This document shows positions 26,494-41,972 of a DNA stretch of 64,000 bases, piece by piece. The notes below the pieces were generated by a model, which worked only from the letters and a program-made list of their open reading frames with translations, was not told the origin of the DNA and ran no database searches. The translations under genes were made by a program, and so were the position numbers. Within the stretch, counting starts at the first letter, position 1; each line of letters opens with the position of its first letter. The stretch comes from Bugula neritina (taxonomy: Eukaryota > Animalia > Bryozoa): NCBI GenBank assembly GCA_964035545.1, contig OZ037765.1:24551504-24615503 (forward strand), written 5' to 3'.

Positions 26494-27704
26494 ATGTCTA
26501 ATGCAGCAACTGTTTTGGAGGGTAAGTCTACTGGAAATTCTATATTAATTAATTAGAATTTACTCTGGTAGCGATATCAGTCTCGCTTTATCATAATGAT
26601 AAAGTTGAAACTCCTATCAGTTGATACGTCGATGATTAGAGTGGGACAGTCAACTCAACTGATTGTGTGATCAGTGAGTGGCAGACTGTGTGACTTAGTT
26701 ATCAGTATTGTATTGAAACAGGAGTTCCACGCATAGAGTGTGATTTAAACAATAGATGAATTTAAATACTCTATTGCAGGCGAGACTGAGTCTGTATCTG
26801 ATGAGATACAGGCACTGCTTGACACACCGGCCACCAACTGGGATAGCATGTCAGAGACAGGGATGGACATGCTGTCCGACATGCACCTGTCGACGATGAC
26901 GGACTCATCGACAGTGACGACCAGACATACTGCCATGCAATTAGACCTCACTGACTTGACTGAGATGACTGACCAAACTATCGCACTACCCCAAGCATTA
27001 CTACGACGAACAAACTGGACTACTCGACGGACACGCACACTGATACAGGCATTGATAGGGACTGACCACAATCAACAGTGCGCTGAATGCAGACGGACTT
27101 TCTCGACTATGAAGCAACTAAAAATACACATACCGCAACACTTGACTGTAACTTTCTGTCCCTGTGGAGTCCACCACTTCTACAGGGACGCTTTACTGCG
27201 ACACCAAAGGACCCAGAACTGTTATGTCGGACATCTATCATAGTCGACGCTGACTCATACACTGAATTTGGAGACTTGATCCTACCACATGTGACTGACC
27301 CGGACCGAAGACAGACGCTACTAGACCAGCTCCCCGCCACCCGACCGACAGTAGAAAGCGACTCAGACGCAGACACTCAGCCCCCAGAGACTACGACGAC
27401 AACACATACTTCAGACGTGACCACACAGCCCCTCCGTGTTATTGTGACCCGCACTGGACGCACGATAGGAACAGACTCACAACCTCTAACTACAACCATC
27501 TCTTATGTACCTAGTCGCCAGCAGAGGAAAAGAAAAAGTACTGGTAGTGCGACTAAGGAGAACATTAGCCCTGACCAGTCCCTACTGACAGACATCAAGA
27601 AATTACAGCGACGTTTGGCTCGTCTCTGTAAAGAGCAGAAGAGGGCGACTACTGAGTTAGCTAAATTGCAGACACGACTCGAGAGACGACTGGCAAAAGA
27701 GTGA
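26494..27704 (+). pseudogene. Gypsy-borne spliced accessory gene: C2H2 zinc finger, basic NLS-like patch, coiled coil (one frameshift near 27240)
   Basis: Exon 26494-26521 (MSNAATVLE, G|GTAAGT) joins in frame at TTGCAG|26780 to the 26848 ORF containing CAECRRTFSTMKQLKIHIPQH. It continues in ORF 27087-27704 with RKRK and a heptad-like C-terminus. Confidence 0.65.
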
Positions 27705-28375
27705 ACCGTGGAGCTGTTCCCCTTCCCCCCCCCCCTCTTTTCTACTAGGACTGTGTGTCATGATGTAAATAGACTATGTGTAACTAAATAGATCGTGCGT
27801 AATAGAATTTTTCTTATCTCGTGTGTACGTATACTTATTCTGTCATGTATATTCTTTTTCTACTTTTTTTTTATATAATTTTTCGTTAGTAATTCTTCCA
27901 TGCCTAATTTAATCATAGAGTGTACCTTTCGATAGGTGTGGAGAGTGTAGTGGATTTTAGTAATGTAATTAGTAATCTAATTTATATATCGAAAGGGTCC
28001 ACTCTATGTCATGTTATTGTGGAGATCGACACATCTTACCCAGCCGACATGCATCTTATGGTCGACAGTGGGACCACTAATGCTAGCCAATCAGGAAGGA
28101 CTGTTAATTGATATCAGGTGGAGCTAGCTACGCGTAGTGGAAGCACACTAATTAGCTAGTCGAACAGAGCAGCTTGGGACTTGGCATAGAGTAGTTGTGT
28201 ACAAAGTGCTCAGTATTATGTAATCGCGCAATTAGTTTAGTAGTTTCCTTTATTGTATCTTTGTAAATACTAAATTCTATATAACGTGAGCAACCTGGTG
28301 AAGTAGCTTTGTATAAGTAGACCCACATAATAATATAGTGAATTGGGAAATTCGCTACAGTAGTCTACCGGTATG

Positions 28376-30338
<1,963 letters not shown>

Positions 30339-32841
30339 CCGGTATGTAGAGAATAGAAAATACGGCCACCATTGCAAGGTTGTGAAAAACAAAACCAGTA
30401 CATTAAGGATAGGCAAGAAATATTTTCATAAAACTATAACAACATAAAAAGGAAGAAAAGGATGATGGTAAGAAGATAGAGCTAAATTTCTAAATGGAAG
30501 CACAAGTCACAACTTGCATATAATAATAGTATTATAATGTTGCAGTTGGAGTTGTCGGCCTTACATTAGTGGAATGGTTTTCGAAGAAGCTTGTGAACCT
30601 AAGAAGTGTGAAAAAAGTAGTGGTTGGAGTGGTTTATGAAAGATGTTCCACCGGAACATTTTTCTTGTGCAGAAACCTAAACTATTGTCGTGTATCATAT
30701 GATCTAATGCAGGATGATTGCGTTTTATTTGTTATCGATCGACGATCCAGCTGGCAACTGATCCAGTTTCACTGACAGTCTTTGTTTTACTTTTATTTTA
30801 AGTTAGCACTTACTTACCTTGGTATAACAGATAGAGTGTTTAAATAAAGTGTTGACGTTAATAGGGTGTTAAACGCAAGTTATTTTTAAATATTTATATA
30901 CCTATAGTTATAGTTATACTTACATTTATCGGTTGAGGTTCTTTCTTTGACTTTATCATCATTATAGTTTAGGGATATACTATTACTATTACTAATAGTA
31001 TTAGTATTACTATTAGTAAAAGTATCAGTATTGCTATTAGTTACTATTAGTATTAGTATTACTATTTTTTGTTCTAGTTCTAGTAATACTTGTACTTATA
31101 GTTATACAGTTATAGTTATACTTATTAGTTATTAATATTAATTAAGTATTAACCTATAGTTATACTTATAGTTATTAACTCTTATACCTAGTCTTATAGT
31201 TATGCAGTTATACTTATACTTATTAACTAACTTTTAATTATACTTATACTTATTGTAATACTAATAGTAATAGTATTACATTTACTATTACTATTAGTAT
31301 TACTATTAGTATAAGTATTACTATTAGTTATACCGATAGTGATACTGATGGTGATGCTATTACTATTAGTATTACTGTTACTATAACTATTACTATTACT
31401 CGTACTCATATCACTATGATTACCATAGTGGTGCTGATTGTCATGCTTATTGTAATCAAAAATGAAAGTCCACGATGACTATTAGTATTACTATTAGTAT
31501 TAGTATCACATTCACTCTGATTATGGGTATCACAATGACTAAGTATAATTCGTATAAGTACAAGTATAAGTACAATGCAAATATATTTTCCTATTTAAAA
31601 TTACTTATAGTTATACTGTAGTTATTCTTATAATTAATGTTATACTCAACTTAATCTTATACTTATAGTTATGGTAGTGATAGTTATACTTATGCTCAAC
31701 GCTGATCTTATATTTATAGAAATACTAATAGTAATATTAATACTCTAATACTAGTAATAGGTAGTAATTTTAATAATCATTCATTTATTATTATTGCTTG
31801 TTTCAAGTTTAACTTACTTTATAAACTTAAACTAATAGTAATACTAAATTTCTTGAAGTAAAAACAATAGTTATTATTATAATATACTTCTGATTTCTGA
31901 GCTATGATATTAATATCCAAGTGGTAGACTTTTTTATGTAATTGTAGTTTCTAATAAATAAGTATATAAGTTGATGCTGGTAATTGCAATGGTTCTACTC
32001 ATTGATATTAAAGTTAAACTTAATTTTATCTCATTTGAGAAAGAGTGTTCTACTCATAGGTTTTGGTTTTTCAAACAAAGCTTAAAAAACTAAAATTAAT
32101 GCAATTGAATTGGTTGACTGATAATGAAGATGCTTATTGTAGCAAAAAATTACAAGTTTTTCTAGTTATTTTTATAATAATTATTATTTGTAAAATAAGA
32201 ATATGTTTAGGTTGGCTTAGCCTTTAGCATACTTGCCTCATAGACAAAATAGTGTAAAGTTAATTGTGAGATGAGAAAGTTACTAAATTAAAATGTAAAT
32301 ATTCTTGTGCGACTGTGTGTACATTTGTTGATATAAATATATTCGGCAGAAATGATTGCTGTCAGACACTTGAACATGTAAGCAAATACTTGATAGTTGA
32401 TAGCATCTATAGCATGTATGGATACGTTCCATTATAGTCGAGTAATTAGCATTGCACTGAGGTTATTGAGAACCAATTACCACTGACTATCGTAATTAAA
32501 CTAGGAAGAACATTAATTACGAGAACAGTTATGATGCCATCATGTTGATACTTGGTTGCCTGTCACAGCTGTCTCAGCAGTTCAGTTTTTGTTTGTTTGT
32601 GAAAACTTATGTAATCTGGGGTTTTAATAACAGAACTTTTCGTGGTATATTAAAGCAACTCCCTATATTCACAGTTATGTACTTGAATAAACTTGTTTTT
32701 AATTATAGTAATAAAATAGACCTTTATTTTGAATTTTGATAAAAAAAAGTTGTGTAATTAACCTCTTTTAACAGCATTATTGATTTATTTTGCAGAACTA
32801 AAAAAGATAATAGTTAGTTGGGAGGGTGCAATACACTCACC

Positions 32842-35800
32842 ATGGGATCTTTAATGCGAAGTGAGCAAATGGTTTTATGCCAGCTCTTTCTTCAATCTGA
32901 GTCTGCATATTCTTGCGTATCAGAGCTGGGTGAACTCGGACTTGTACAGTTTAGAGATGTAAGTTAATAGCAGCTTTTACTAAACTTTTATATTCACAGG
33001 TAAAGACTTGCTTGAATCTGGTGCTTATTGGAACTAATTTTCTTTTCAATATTTCTTCTACAGCTTGTCTGCTTTTTGCTTGTGTTCCAAGTATAGAAAT
33101 CCCAAGAAAATCTCGTGGATCTTGCTTATTCTTGGGATTTGCCCAGTTCATCACAGTTTATATATTACAGCTTAACCCAGATGTTAATGCCTTTCAAAGA
33201 AAATTTGTAAGTGAGGTGAGAAGGTGTGATGAGATGGAAAGAAAGTTGAGGTATATTGAAAGAGAAATTAAGAAAGATAAAATACCAGTACTAGATCTTG
33301 GTGACAACCCTGACGCACCCGCTCCCCGAGAAATGATTGATTTAGAGGTAAGCCAATAAGTTATTCGAATTTATTTAAAATTAAAAAAAAAATTATATAA
33401 ATGCATTCTGGTATAACAGTTTATAAGCAACCCACGACAGCCTCGTACAAATGTATTTTCAGTTGGTTAGTTACAAGAATGAACTACCAGTACAGGCCAG
33501 AATCTAGTTGTCCTTACTATCTTTATTCTATTATCAACTATTGCTTTAAACATTATTTTATCAGTATATCTTGTTGAACTTGTCATCACGTGCTATGATC
33601 TGCATTAGTCATGGTTATTTTTATAGATAAAAACATTGCTAAATGGTAGTATATTGCTCGCTCTATACTTGGGAATCTCAATTGGAGCAGTTTAAGAATT
33701 TAAATGACATGTTGAATACCTCAAATATTTTTCGTTTTTATCTTAGGCCAGTTTTGAAAAACTTGAGAATGAGCTTCGGGAAGTTAACTCAAATAATGAA
33801 GCCTTAAACAAGAATTTCTTGGAGTTGACGGAGCTGAAGCATATTTTACGAAAAACTCAACAATTTTTTGATGAAGTGAGTTGATGTTATCAGCTTTTTA
33901 CGTTCTAGTTGGTGACCAGTCAATATTTATTGAGTATTAACATTAGGGTAGTGTAATGCACTAGTACAGTAGATATTACACTGTCATGCTTTATCAGCAT
34001 GTCTGTCCATGAACCTACAGCAATCAATGCATGTAGCTATGCAAGTCTAATGCCTATAGATCAATGCGTTTTAGTGGTCCATTTTCTTGAACAGTTTCAG
34101 TGGTTAGTAGCAGCTATGTACATGTATATGCAATTAACTGTGATCAAAGAAACGTGATTAGGCTCCAACAATATCAATAGTTTGTTACAAATTTATCTGC
34201 CATAGTTTTCTTTTTGAATGTCTGAATTAGTATTACTTAGTATTAAATTGGGAGACTGTGGTGATATATATATATATATATATATAATTTTGTCCTGGTC
34301 ACAATAATTGACATTGAGTTTGAAGAAGTTGGGCTAAGGGCTAATAATTTTTAGTTTTTTTGTCAGTTTTCAATAACTTTTTAATAGGTTTTTATAAAAA
34401 TTGAGAGGGATGGGCAGTAAACTAACATTCATTATTCCCAATACCTTGATCATCAATTGATAGGCAACCAGATTTGTTGTTACCACATGGCAAGTTGAAG
34501 CCACTACATCCTAAATTATTTAAAGCATTAGTAAACTGTTTGAGCTCCCAAAAAGTTTAATATGACTCTACATTCTTTTATGTTCAATTAAATTTTACTT
34601 GATCTTCTCACATTAACTAGTGATTTGCATCAGAAGGATATGTTTTTAAATTTTTATAGCTTTCTGCTGAATTAAACTAATTATAATTAGTGTGCTCTTT
34701 TGCTCACCCTGATCTTATTACCTTTTCTACTGGCTGTGGCTAGAATATATAATATTTTTGCTAACAAATAGTTTATAGGACTTTACAGCTATTATTGGGA
34801 CTGTTAGGATGTAGTTTCAAATCTGGGTGTGGGTAGTGCACATGTTTAGTGAATGCAGGTTGACACTCAGAACCGAACTTTAAGGACTGTTGATGATGAG
34901 CGTACGGGTTTGTTGTCCCCTGATAACTCGGTATCTGCAGTCGGTCAGAGACTAAGGTAAGCTGGCCTGATTACCGAGGCGGCTGTTTCATCAGACCAAC
35001 TGACAACAGTTAAACTCTAACCTCCTCTCTTCTCTTACGACTTTTTTCCTACTTATATTTAATTAGATGTGTCTTTCTTTGTCGTCAATAGCATGAGAGA
35101 AGCCTGCAGGCTGATGCTCAAGAGGCATTGGTGCATCAGGATCAACTAGAGCAGCAACAGCAGGCTCTGCACCTGGGGTAAGACTATGTTTTGCTGGCAT
35201 AGAGTAACCGTGGCAACCTATGTGGATATTTTTCTTCTACTTCTCGGAATGCTCTGTCTATTACCGTCGGCACATTAAGGCACTGTCCCTCGTAGTGTAC
35301 CGCATGTCCAGTAATTCATATCCCTTTTTATAGCATGGCTTTCGGTGTTGTCAGTTGGTGTGATGGATCATAGCCTTCCTTGGTTTGCTAACAATAGATA
35401 TTATCATCCTTACAACTTTTTTTCATCTCAATGAAGTCATAACAATGTAGCTGACCTCCCAGCGTATACATGTATTTAGCTTGTAATCAAAGTTGGCACC
35501 AGATCAATCTTATCTTAGCATTCTTATGTTCAATCAATGTTGTATATTTTCTAAGTGCATTATATACTGTACAGTATACAGTATACAGTATACTTCCTTC
35601 TTACCATACTAATATCCTGTTGTGGAGCCCTTACTGTCATCTTTCTACTATAAATTGCAATATGTTATAAACAAAAACTGAAAATTTGGATCTTTTTTTG
35701 TTCTTTAAATGCCTACCTTATGTGAAAGTTGTTAGTATTATGTTTACTGACTCCAATTTTTTCATGTCTATTTATTTGATTACTTATAGTTTTGTGGCTG

Positions 35801-38800
35801 GTGTGATATTGAGGGAAAGAGTCCCTGCCTTTGAGCGAATGTTGTGGCGAGCTTGCAGAGGGAATGTGTTTCTCAAACAGGCGCAGATTGATGTTCCCTT
35901 GTCAGATCCAGTGACTGTAAGTAATTTGTTACTTCACAATATCTGTTTATTAAAATAACCTGCTTTAGGTTATCTGACACATTTTTATTGTCTGAAATAT
36001 TTTTGTAAGACTTTCATTCCTGTTTTAGCATAGGTAATTTATTAGTTTGTGTAATGTTATAAAATGTAATGCTTTTTACGTCACTTTCTCTGTGCATTGC
36101 TTATTTGGTTTTTCTTTGACTGTAGGGGGACGAAGTCTGGAAATCAGTCTTCATCATCTTTTTTCAAGGAGATCAACTGAAAACAAGAGTAAAAAAGATC
36201 TGCGAAGGATTTCGAGCTACTCTTTATCCCTGCCCAGAGTCAGCTGCTGAGAGGAGAGAAATGGCTATGGGAGTGATGACAAGGATTGAAGACTTGAAGA
36301 CTGTGGGTTGAAAACTTCTGTTTTGTAATTTACTTTTGTTTGTAGTATATTATATGGTTTAATCAAAACAAACTTCAATATTTGTTTGTGTATAAAAAAC
36401 ACCAGCTGATATGATAATAGTTGACCTACTGCATTATAAAGTTACTTACTAGCGACCGCAGTCTTCCCATGTGGAATTATGATTAATATGTTATTGGTTA
36501 GCATAATTTAAGTATTAGAAACTATTTATGTTGTCAGCACCCCCAAAGGTGTCTAAAAACGAGACACATTCCCTAATATGCTGAATAGTGACTGGTGCGC
36601 TAAGAAAAGTTACATATACATACATTTGGCTGTAGGTGCTGTCTCAAACAACTGATCACCGACACAGAGTACTTGTGCTGGCAGCTAAGAACATCAAGAA
36701 CTGGTTCATTAAAGTGAAGAAGATTAAAGCCATATATCACATGTTGAACATGTTTAACCTGGACGTCACGCAGAAATGCCTGATTGCAGAATGCTGGTGT
36801 GCAACAGCTGACCTTGACAAGGTTCACCATGCTCTGAAGAGGGGACAGGTAATCCCTGCCAACTGTTTCAATACAATAGATTCAATAAATACAGTGCTCC
36901 CTCCATATCTCACGAATCCATTTCTCACGAAAGTCTGTCGGTCATGAGAAAGGCTTGAACCCTTTGTTTGTGGCCTATGTACGTGTGTATAGGGATCAAA
37001 TGGTTGAATTTAATGGATCTGTGAGTTAATCCTGGTATTCTGCTATATCAGGAGTTGAGGTTTCGGGACCTGCAGCTTAGTGAGATATGGAGAAAGCACT
37101 GTACAATAACTGATTCATGTATTCTTGAATGTAAATGTTTTACAGGAACGAAGTGGCAGCAATGTTCCGTCTATTCTCAATAGAATGGCTACTTCTCAGA
37201 AGCCTCCAACATTTCATCGAACTAATAAATTCACCAAGGTGTTTCAATCCCTCATTGATGCATATGGAATTTCTAGCTATCAGGAAATAAATCCTGGTAT
37301 GTTATTGTTTTTAAGTGTTGAAAAACATATTTTATATTTAATGGTTGATATTTGATATTCTATCTTATAAAAATGTTGTACAATTTTAGCTCCGTTCAGT
37401 ATCATCACGTTCCCATTCCTCTTCTCTGTGATGTTTGGTGATTTCGGACACGGATTTATTATGTTCCTGGCTGCTTTATGGATGGTTTTACGAGAGAGAC
37501 AACTTCAAGCTAAAAAGTCGGACAACGAAGTATGCATACTAAATACCCTAATAAAGATTAAATTTTGTCTTTTCTAAAAAAGTTTTAAACGTGAATTTGA
37601 ATTACTGCGGTATCCCCATCCTTAGCACATGCACATTTAGTGTATGGGCACACATCTTTCTCTCATTATTGCAGTTTGCACTATTTGATTAATTCTGTTT
37701 CAGATTTGGAACATGTTCTTTGGAGGGAGATATCTCATACTGATGATGGGGGCTTTCTCGGTGTATGCTGGCCTGCTTTACAATGACATCTTCTCCAAGT
37801 CCATCAATGTATTTGGCTCAAGCTGGAGCGTTCCTTCTGGCATATATTTCTTCAATGATTCTGTAGATAATTGGTTAACAAGTGCAACCTTAGAACCCAG
37901 CCCTTACCATCTGATTGAGAATTCATCTGGCAGATATTATTTGCCTTACAATGAAACAACCAGCTCCTTTTCTGGTTCTCCCTATCCATTTGGGTTGGAT
38001 CCGGTGTGTATATTCGTACTTAACATTAGTAGTTAGAAATGGTATTTTTAGTTTGAATGTTCTTGTAAGATATTTTGGATTTATGATGATTAGTTACCAT
38101 TTATATTAGAGTACTAAATTTGAGAGAGATGTAACAGTAAAAGCAAGCATTTTTTTAATTAGTTGAAATATTCTGAGGAGGTTATTTACACTGCTGATGG
38201 TTCTAATGTTTAGGATAATAGTCACAGAGATGCTGTTGTCAATCACAAAAGCCTAATTAATCTTCATTGCTTTGAGTCTCTAGATCCTTAGGAGTTGGGA
38301 TTAGTACTTGTATTTAATTATAAGAAGCAAATTTCAATTGTCTTCAGTATTTGTTGTCCAAACCTACATACTTGCATACCTACATACTTGTTGTTTCTGT
38401 TTAAGGTATGGGCGATTGCTACTAACAAACTGACTTTTATAAATAGCTTTAAAATGAAGCTGTCCATAATACTGGGAGTTATTCACATGATGTTTGGAAT
38501 ATGGCTTGGACTGCTTAATCACACGTAAGCATTGTTCCAGTAAGATTTGTTTACTATAGCAGTATGGGCTGAGTTTTTCCTTGTCATTTTACACTGGTCT
38601 AGTTGACATGTACACTGGCCATTAGAGAATGAATTATTCAGTTATAGCTCAGATAATATTGAAAACTAATTGTGAGGTACTCATTTGCTGTGATTCCATT
38701 AGCAAACCAGTTTAGAGTTATGATTGTGAGATAATATTTCACGCTGAACATACATATAAGCTGCATTATATTATCGTTCAGCAGAAGTTATTGAAACATC

Positions 38801-41800
38801 AGCATTGACAGGCTCAATGGAAAACTTTTCTGCGAAGAATATTTGACAAGCTTGATTTGCTGCTATTTGTCCGAATAAATGGTGCTACTAGTAACTAGAG
38901 TGTTTAACAAATTATTGGAATTTAATTCTCACATGCTAGCCACAGGCTACACCCTGAACCACAATGTACTTTTGTAAATTTAATTATATTTTCATACAGC
39001 TAGTAAGCATGCTATATTAGTACTATTAGGATACTACAATAGGGTTGTGTGGTGCTATAATAGTCTGTTTTATTTGATTATTTATCAATGGTCAGGTTCT
39101 TCAACCAAGCTATCAACATCTTCTGTGAATTTATTCCTCAAGTCCTTTTCCTCAGCTGCACTTTCCTTTATCTCGTTGTTGAAATTATCTACAAGTGGAT
39201 TTCATGGAGTGCCAGAGAGCCAAATCTAGATACTCTTACCGGTTGCTCTCCTAATCTTTTAATTGGTAAGTATCCTCATTTATATGATATTCGGTTTTCG
39301 ATACAATGTTTAGGCTACAGCATTTGTAAATTTGTGAAAAAAAGTACTTATTTTGCTGCCATATTTTCATCACTCACTTATTACACAGGGATGATCAACA
39401 TGTATCTTTTCACTGGTGGTCAGTACAATAACACACTGGATCCTATCACCAATGTTAACTACACATGCAGCTCTGCCAATCCACTTTTTGGTCAAGAAGG
39501 GGTAAGGATATATACTAATAAGTGTATTATATATTGTATAAAATATACTACTTCAACTCTTCTATCTCTTACTAAATGTCTGTTTTAGGAATTTGTGCAA
39601 AAGTTCCTAGTGATAATTATAGCAGTGTGCATACCTTGGCTGCTGGTACCCAAGCCCTTTCTGCTGTGGAGACGTGGGGTGAGCAAGGTAGACGAATCTT
39701 TAGTACTTCAGTGCAACATTGTATATTTATTCTAATGCCTGTCCCTTTTCCACTGAATTGTGGTGTACAATTCTAGCAAGTATTATAACTTTCTAGTCCT
39801 GTTTTAGGTTTAGAGACTCTCCACTTGTCAATTTGTAAATTTCAGACTTTTTAGCAAACAGAATTGTCAAAATTTTAGAATAGTTCTCTTACACTTTAAT
39901 TTGGTGTGCAAACTGAAATTGAGCACTGCTTGTTTCCTATAGCTTGAAATTAGGTAAACTTTTTCAGCTCCAACTTTAGCTAAAACGTATAGATTGATTT
40001 GGGCTGGCACAAGCAGTTATAAATTGGCACTTTTCATTTACTCAATTTCAGATATCAGATTTTATGCCTGTGTTATATTTTTGTTTATAAGAAAACGTCT
40101 AATAGACACATTCAAGCCGAAGGTGATATAATCGGTGACAGAGAGGAGATAATTCACCATGATCATTTGCAGATTAGTGATAATAATGATGATGCTCATG
40201 AAGAAGAGGTAGAATATTTATGTCATTTGTATTGACAGGCAGTAAATTAGTTTATCTGAACTTATGTCGCTAGACAGAGTCAGCTGAACAAATTTACTGG
40301 CTGTCCTAGTTTATACTTAGTTGTTAAAAGACTCACCTGTTCTTATGTATAGAAGTCATTCAAACCTACACATCAGCAGCAGGCTGAGCTTGATGACGAG
40401 CCAGTCAGCAATGGCTTGTTTGCTATGCATCAGGCAGATGAGCTGCTTAGAGCAGAGGGCTTTGGTGCAGATGTACCAGAGCAGGAGGAGAAGGTGATCT
40501 TGTGAGAGTAGCAGCTGTGTTATTGGTTGTAGATGTCTATGTTGTACAGTGCTTACTGTTTGAGTACCATCTGCTTTTGCATCACTTAAATGCTTTTTTC
40601 TTTCCCCAACATTATAATTTTTCACCCAATTGCTTGAAAAGTTATGTTTTGTGTTTGATTTGTGTTATTATTTGCCATTCTTAACAAGTTGCTATCCCAG
40701 CAAGTTGAAAGTACGTAATTTTAGAACCAATTGAATAGTACAACAATTTGTAGTCTTGTCTGGTTTTTTCTCGCTATATTTTGTCTTGCTCTATATTCAG
40801 CTTTGTCTTCATCAACTTAATTTCTGGCTATGAAGTGTCACTGTTGTATCATGTTTATAATTGGTGAACATTCACACTTAATGTATAATAAGCTGTTGTA
40901 GTTTGCAATGTGATCTTCTTTAATATAGATTATGCTTTGTCTTGCCTCTGCTATTCTAGTTTAAGCTGTTGATTTGTTTAACTTCCCTTCATATCTAGTC
41001 AGAGGCTACTTTCGTAATTTTGCAAACTACTTATTTGTAAAGTTGAAGGTCTTACGAAGCCCAGTTTAGTATATTTCAAGCGAAGAGATGGTGACAGTTG
41101 TGGACATTAGGTTGTTGTTTTACTCATTCAGCTCTCACATGAGTCATAGCAAACTACTGTCTGGTTAGATAGAGCTTGATATTTAACCCTTGAAATAAAT
41201 GCAAATAAAGCAGTCTGTCTAGGGAATGTTAATCACTCCATAATCATCAAGATGCTTAGTACCTGCAATGTAGATCTCTACACTGATATGTAGAAATAGT
41301 AATACTAAGGATACTATTTTTTAGGAATCAATCGGAGATATTGTGGTGCATCAAGCCATACACACAATAGAGTTCTGTTTAGGGTGTATTTCCCACACCG
41401 CATCTTATCTTCGATTATGGGCTCTCAGTCTTGCCCATGGCCGTAAGTACTTATCAGCATTTTATATTTTAACAAGTAATTTTCAAACCAATTATGTTTA
41501 TTTTTTGGCATTACTCAATGTTACTATGATTGTTACCAGGTTACAAGTGTGTTATAACATATTTTCTATAGAACTATCTGAAGTCCTGTGGTCAATGGTG
41601 TTGAAAATTGGCTTTACAATGAATAGTGGATATTTGGGGGCTGTAGTTATTGTGGCTGCTTTCCCTTTTTGGGCATGCCTTACTGTTGCTGTGCTGCTGG
41701 CAATGGAGGGCTTATCCGCTTTCCTCCATACCCTCCGTCTGCATTGGTAGGTTATACTGATTTTTTTTTCATGAAATGTATTTCAATTGGGTGTTTCAAT

Positions 41801-41972
41801 TTCATTTTCAATTCCTCTTTGTAATTGTGCTTTCTCAAGCTTTTGTTTGTACTTAAAAATATATTGTACTATTTGCAGGGTGGAGTTCAACAGCAAATTC
41901 TATAAAGGTGAAGGGTATGCTTTTGAGCCATTCACTTTTGAACACCTTTTAGATGATACGCCAGTAGAATAA
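32842..41972 (+). CDS. ATP6V0A1: V-type proton ATPase V0 subunit a (116-kDa; a1/Vha100-1/unc-32-like) with two alternative exon clusters
   Basis: Exons 32842-32958, 33171-33347, 33747-33875, [34859-34956 or 35092-35177], 35790-35916, 36126-36302, 36636-36848, 37146-37296, 37390-37529, 37704-38003, 38406-38524, 39096-39265, 39389-39501, 39589-39687, [40092-40208 and/or 40353-40493], 41325-41442, 41572-41746, 41879-41972. Motifs [10 protein letters not shown] and [16 protein letters not shown] (essential Arg present). The a1 label is an approximation. Confidence 0.93.
36892..37101. mobile_element. 210-bp Tc1/mariner(pogo)-type MITE in a V-ATPase intron
   Basis: TIRs CAGTGCTCCCTCCATATCTCAC / GTGAGATATGGAGAAAGCACTG, with TA on both sides. 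Confidence 0.85.

Larger units (their letters stand above)
17511..28359 (+). mobile_element. Ty3/Gypsy LTR retrotransposon, decayed, with interrupted 5' LTR
   Basis: 5' LTR = 17511-17701 + 20641-20867 (TGTAA...CTACA); 3' LTR = 27946-28359 (TGTAG...CTACA). PBS follows the 5' LTR and a purine-rich tract precedes the 3' LTR. Domain order is gag-PR-RT-RH-IN. Confidence 0.93.

Noticed and set aside
21467-27376. Antisense ORFs across the Gypsy interior
   Set aside because: Shadow ORFs expected in GC-richer coding sequence; no recognisable motifs.
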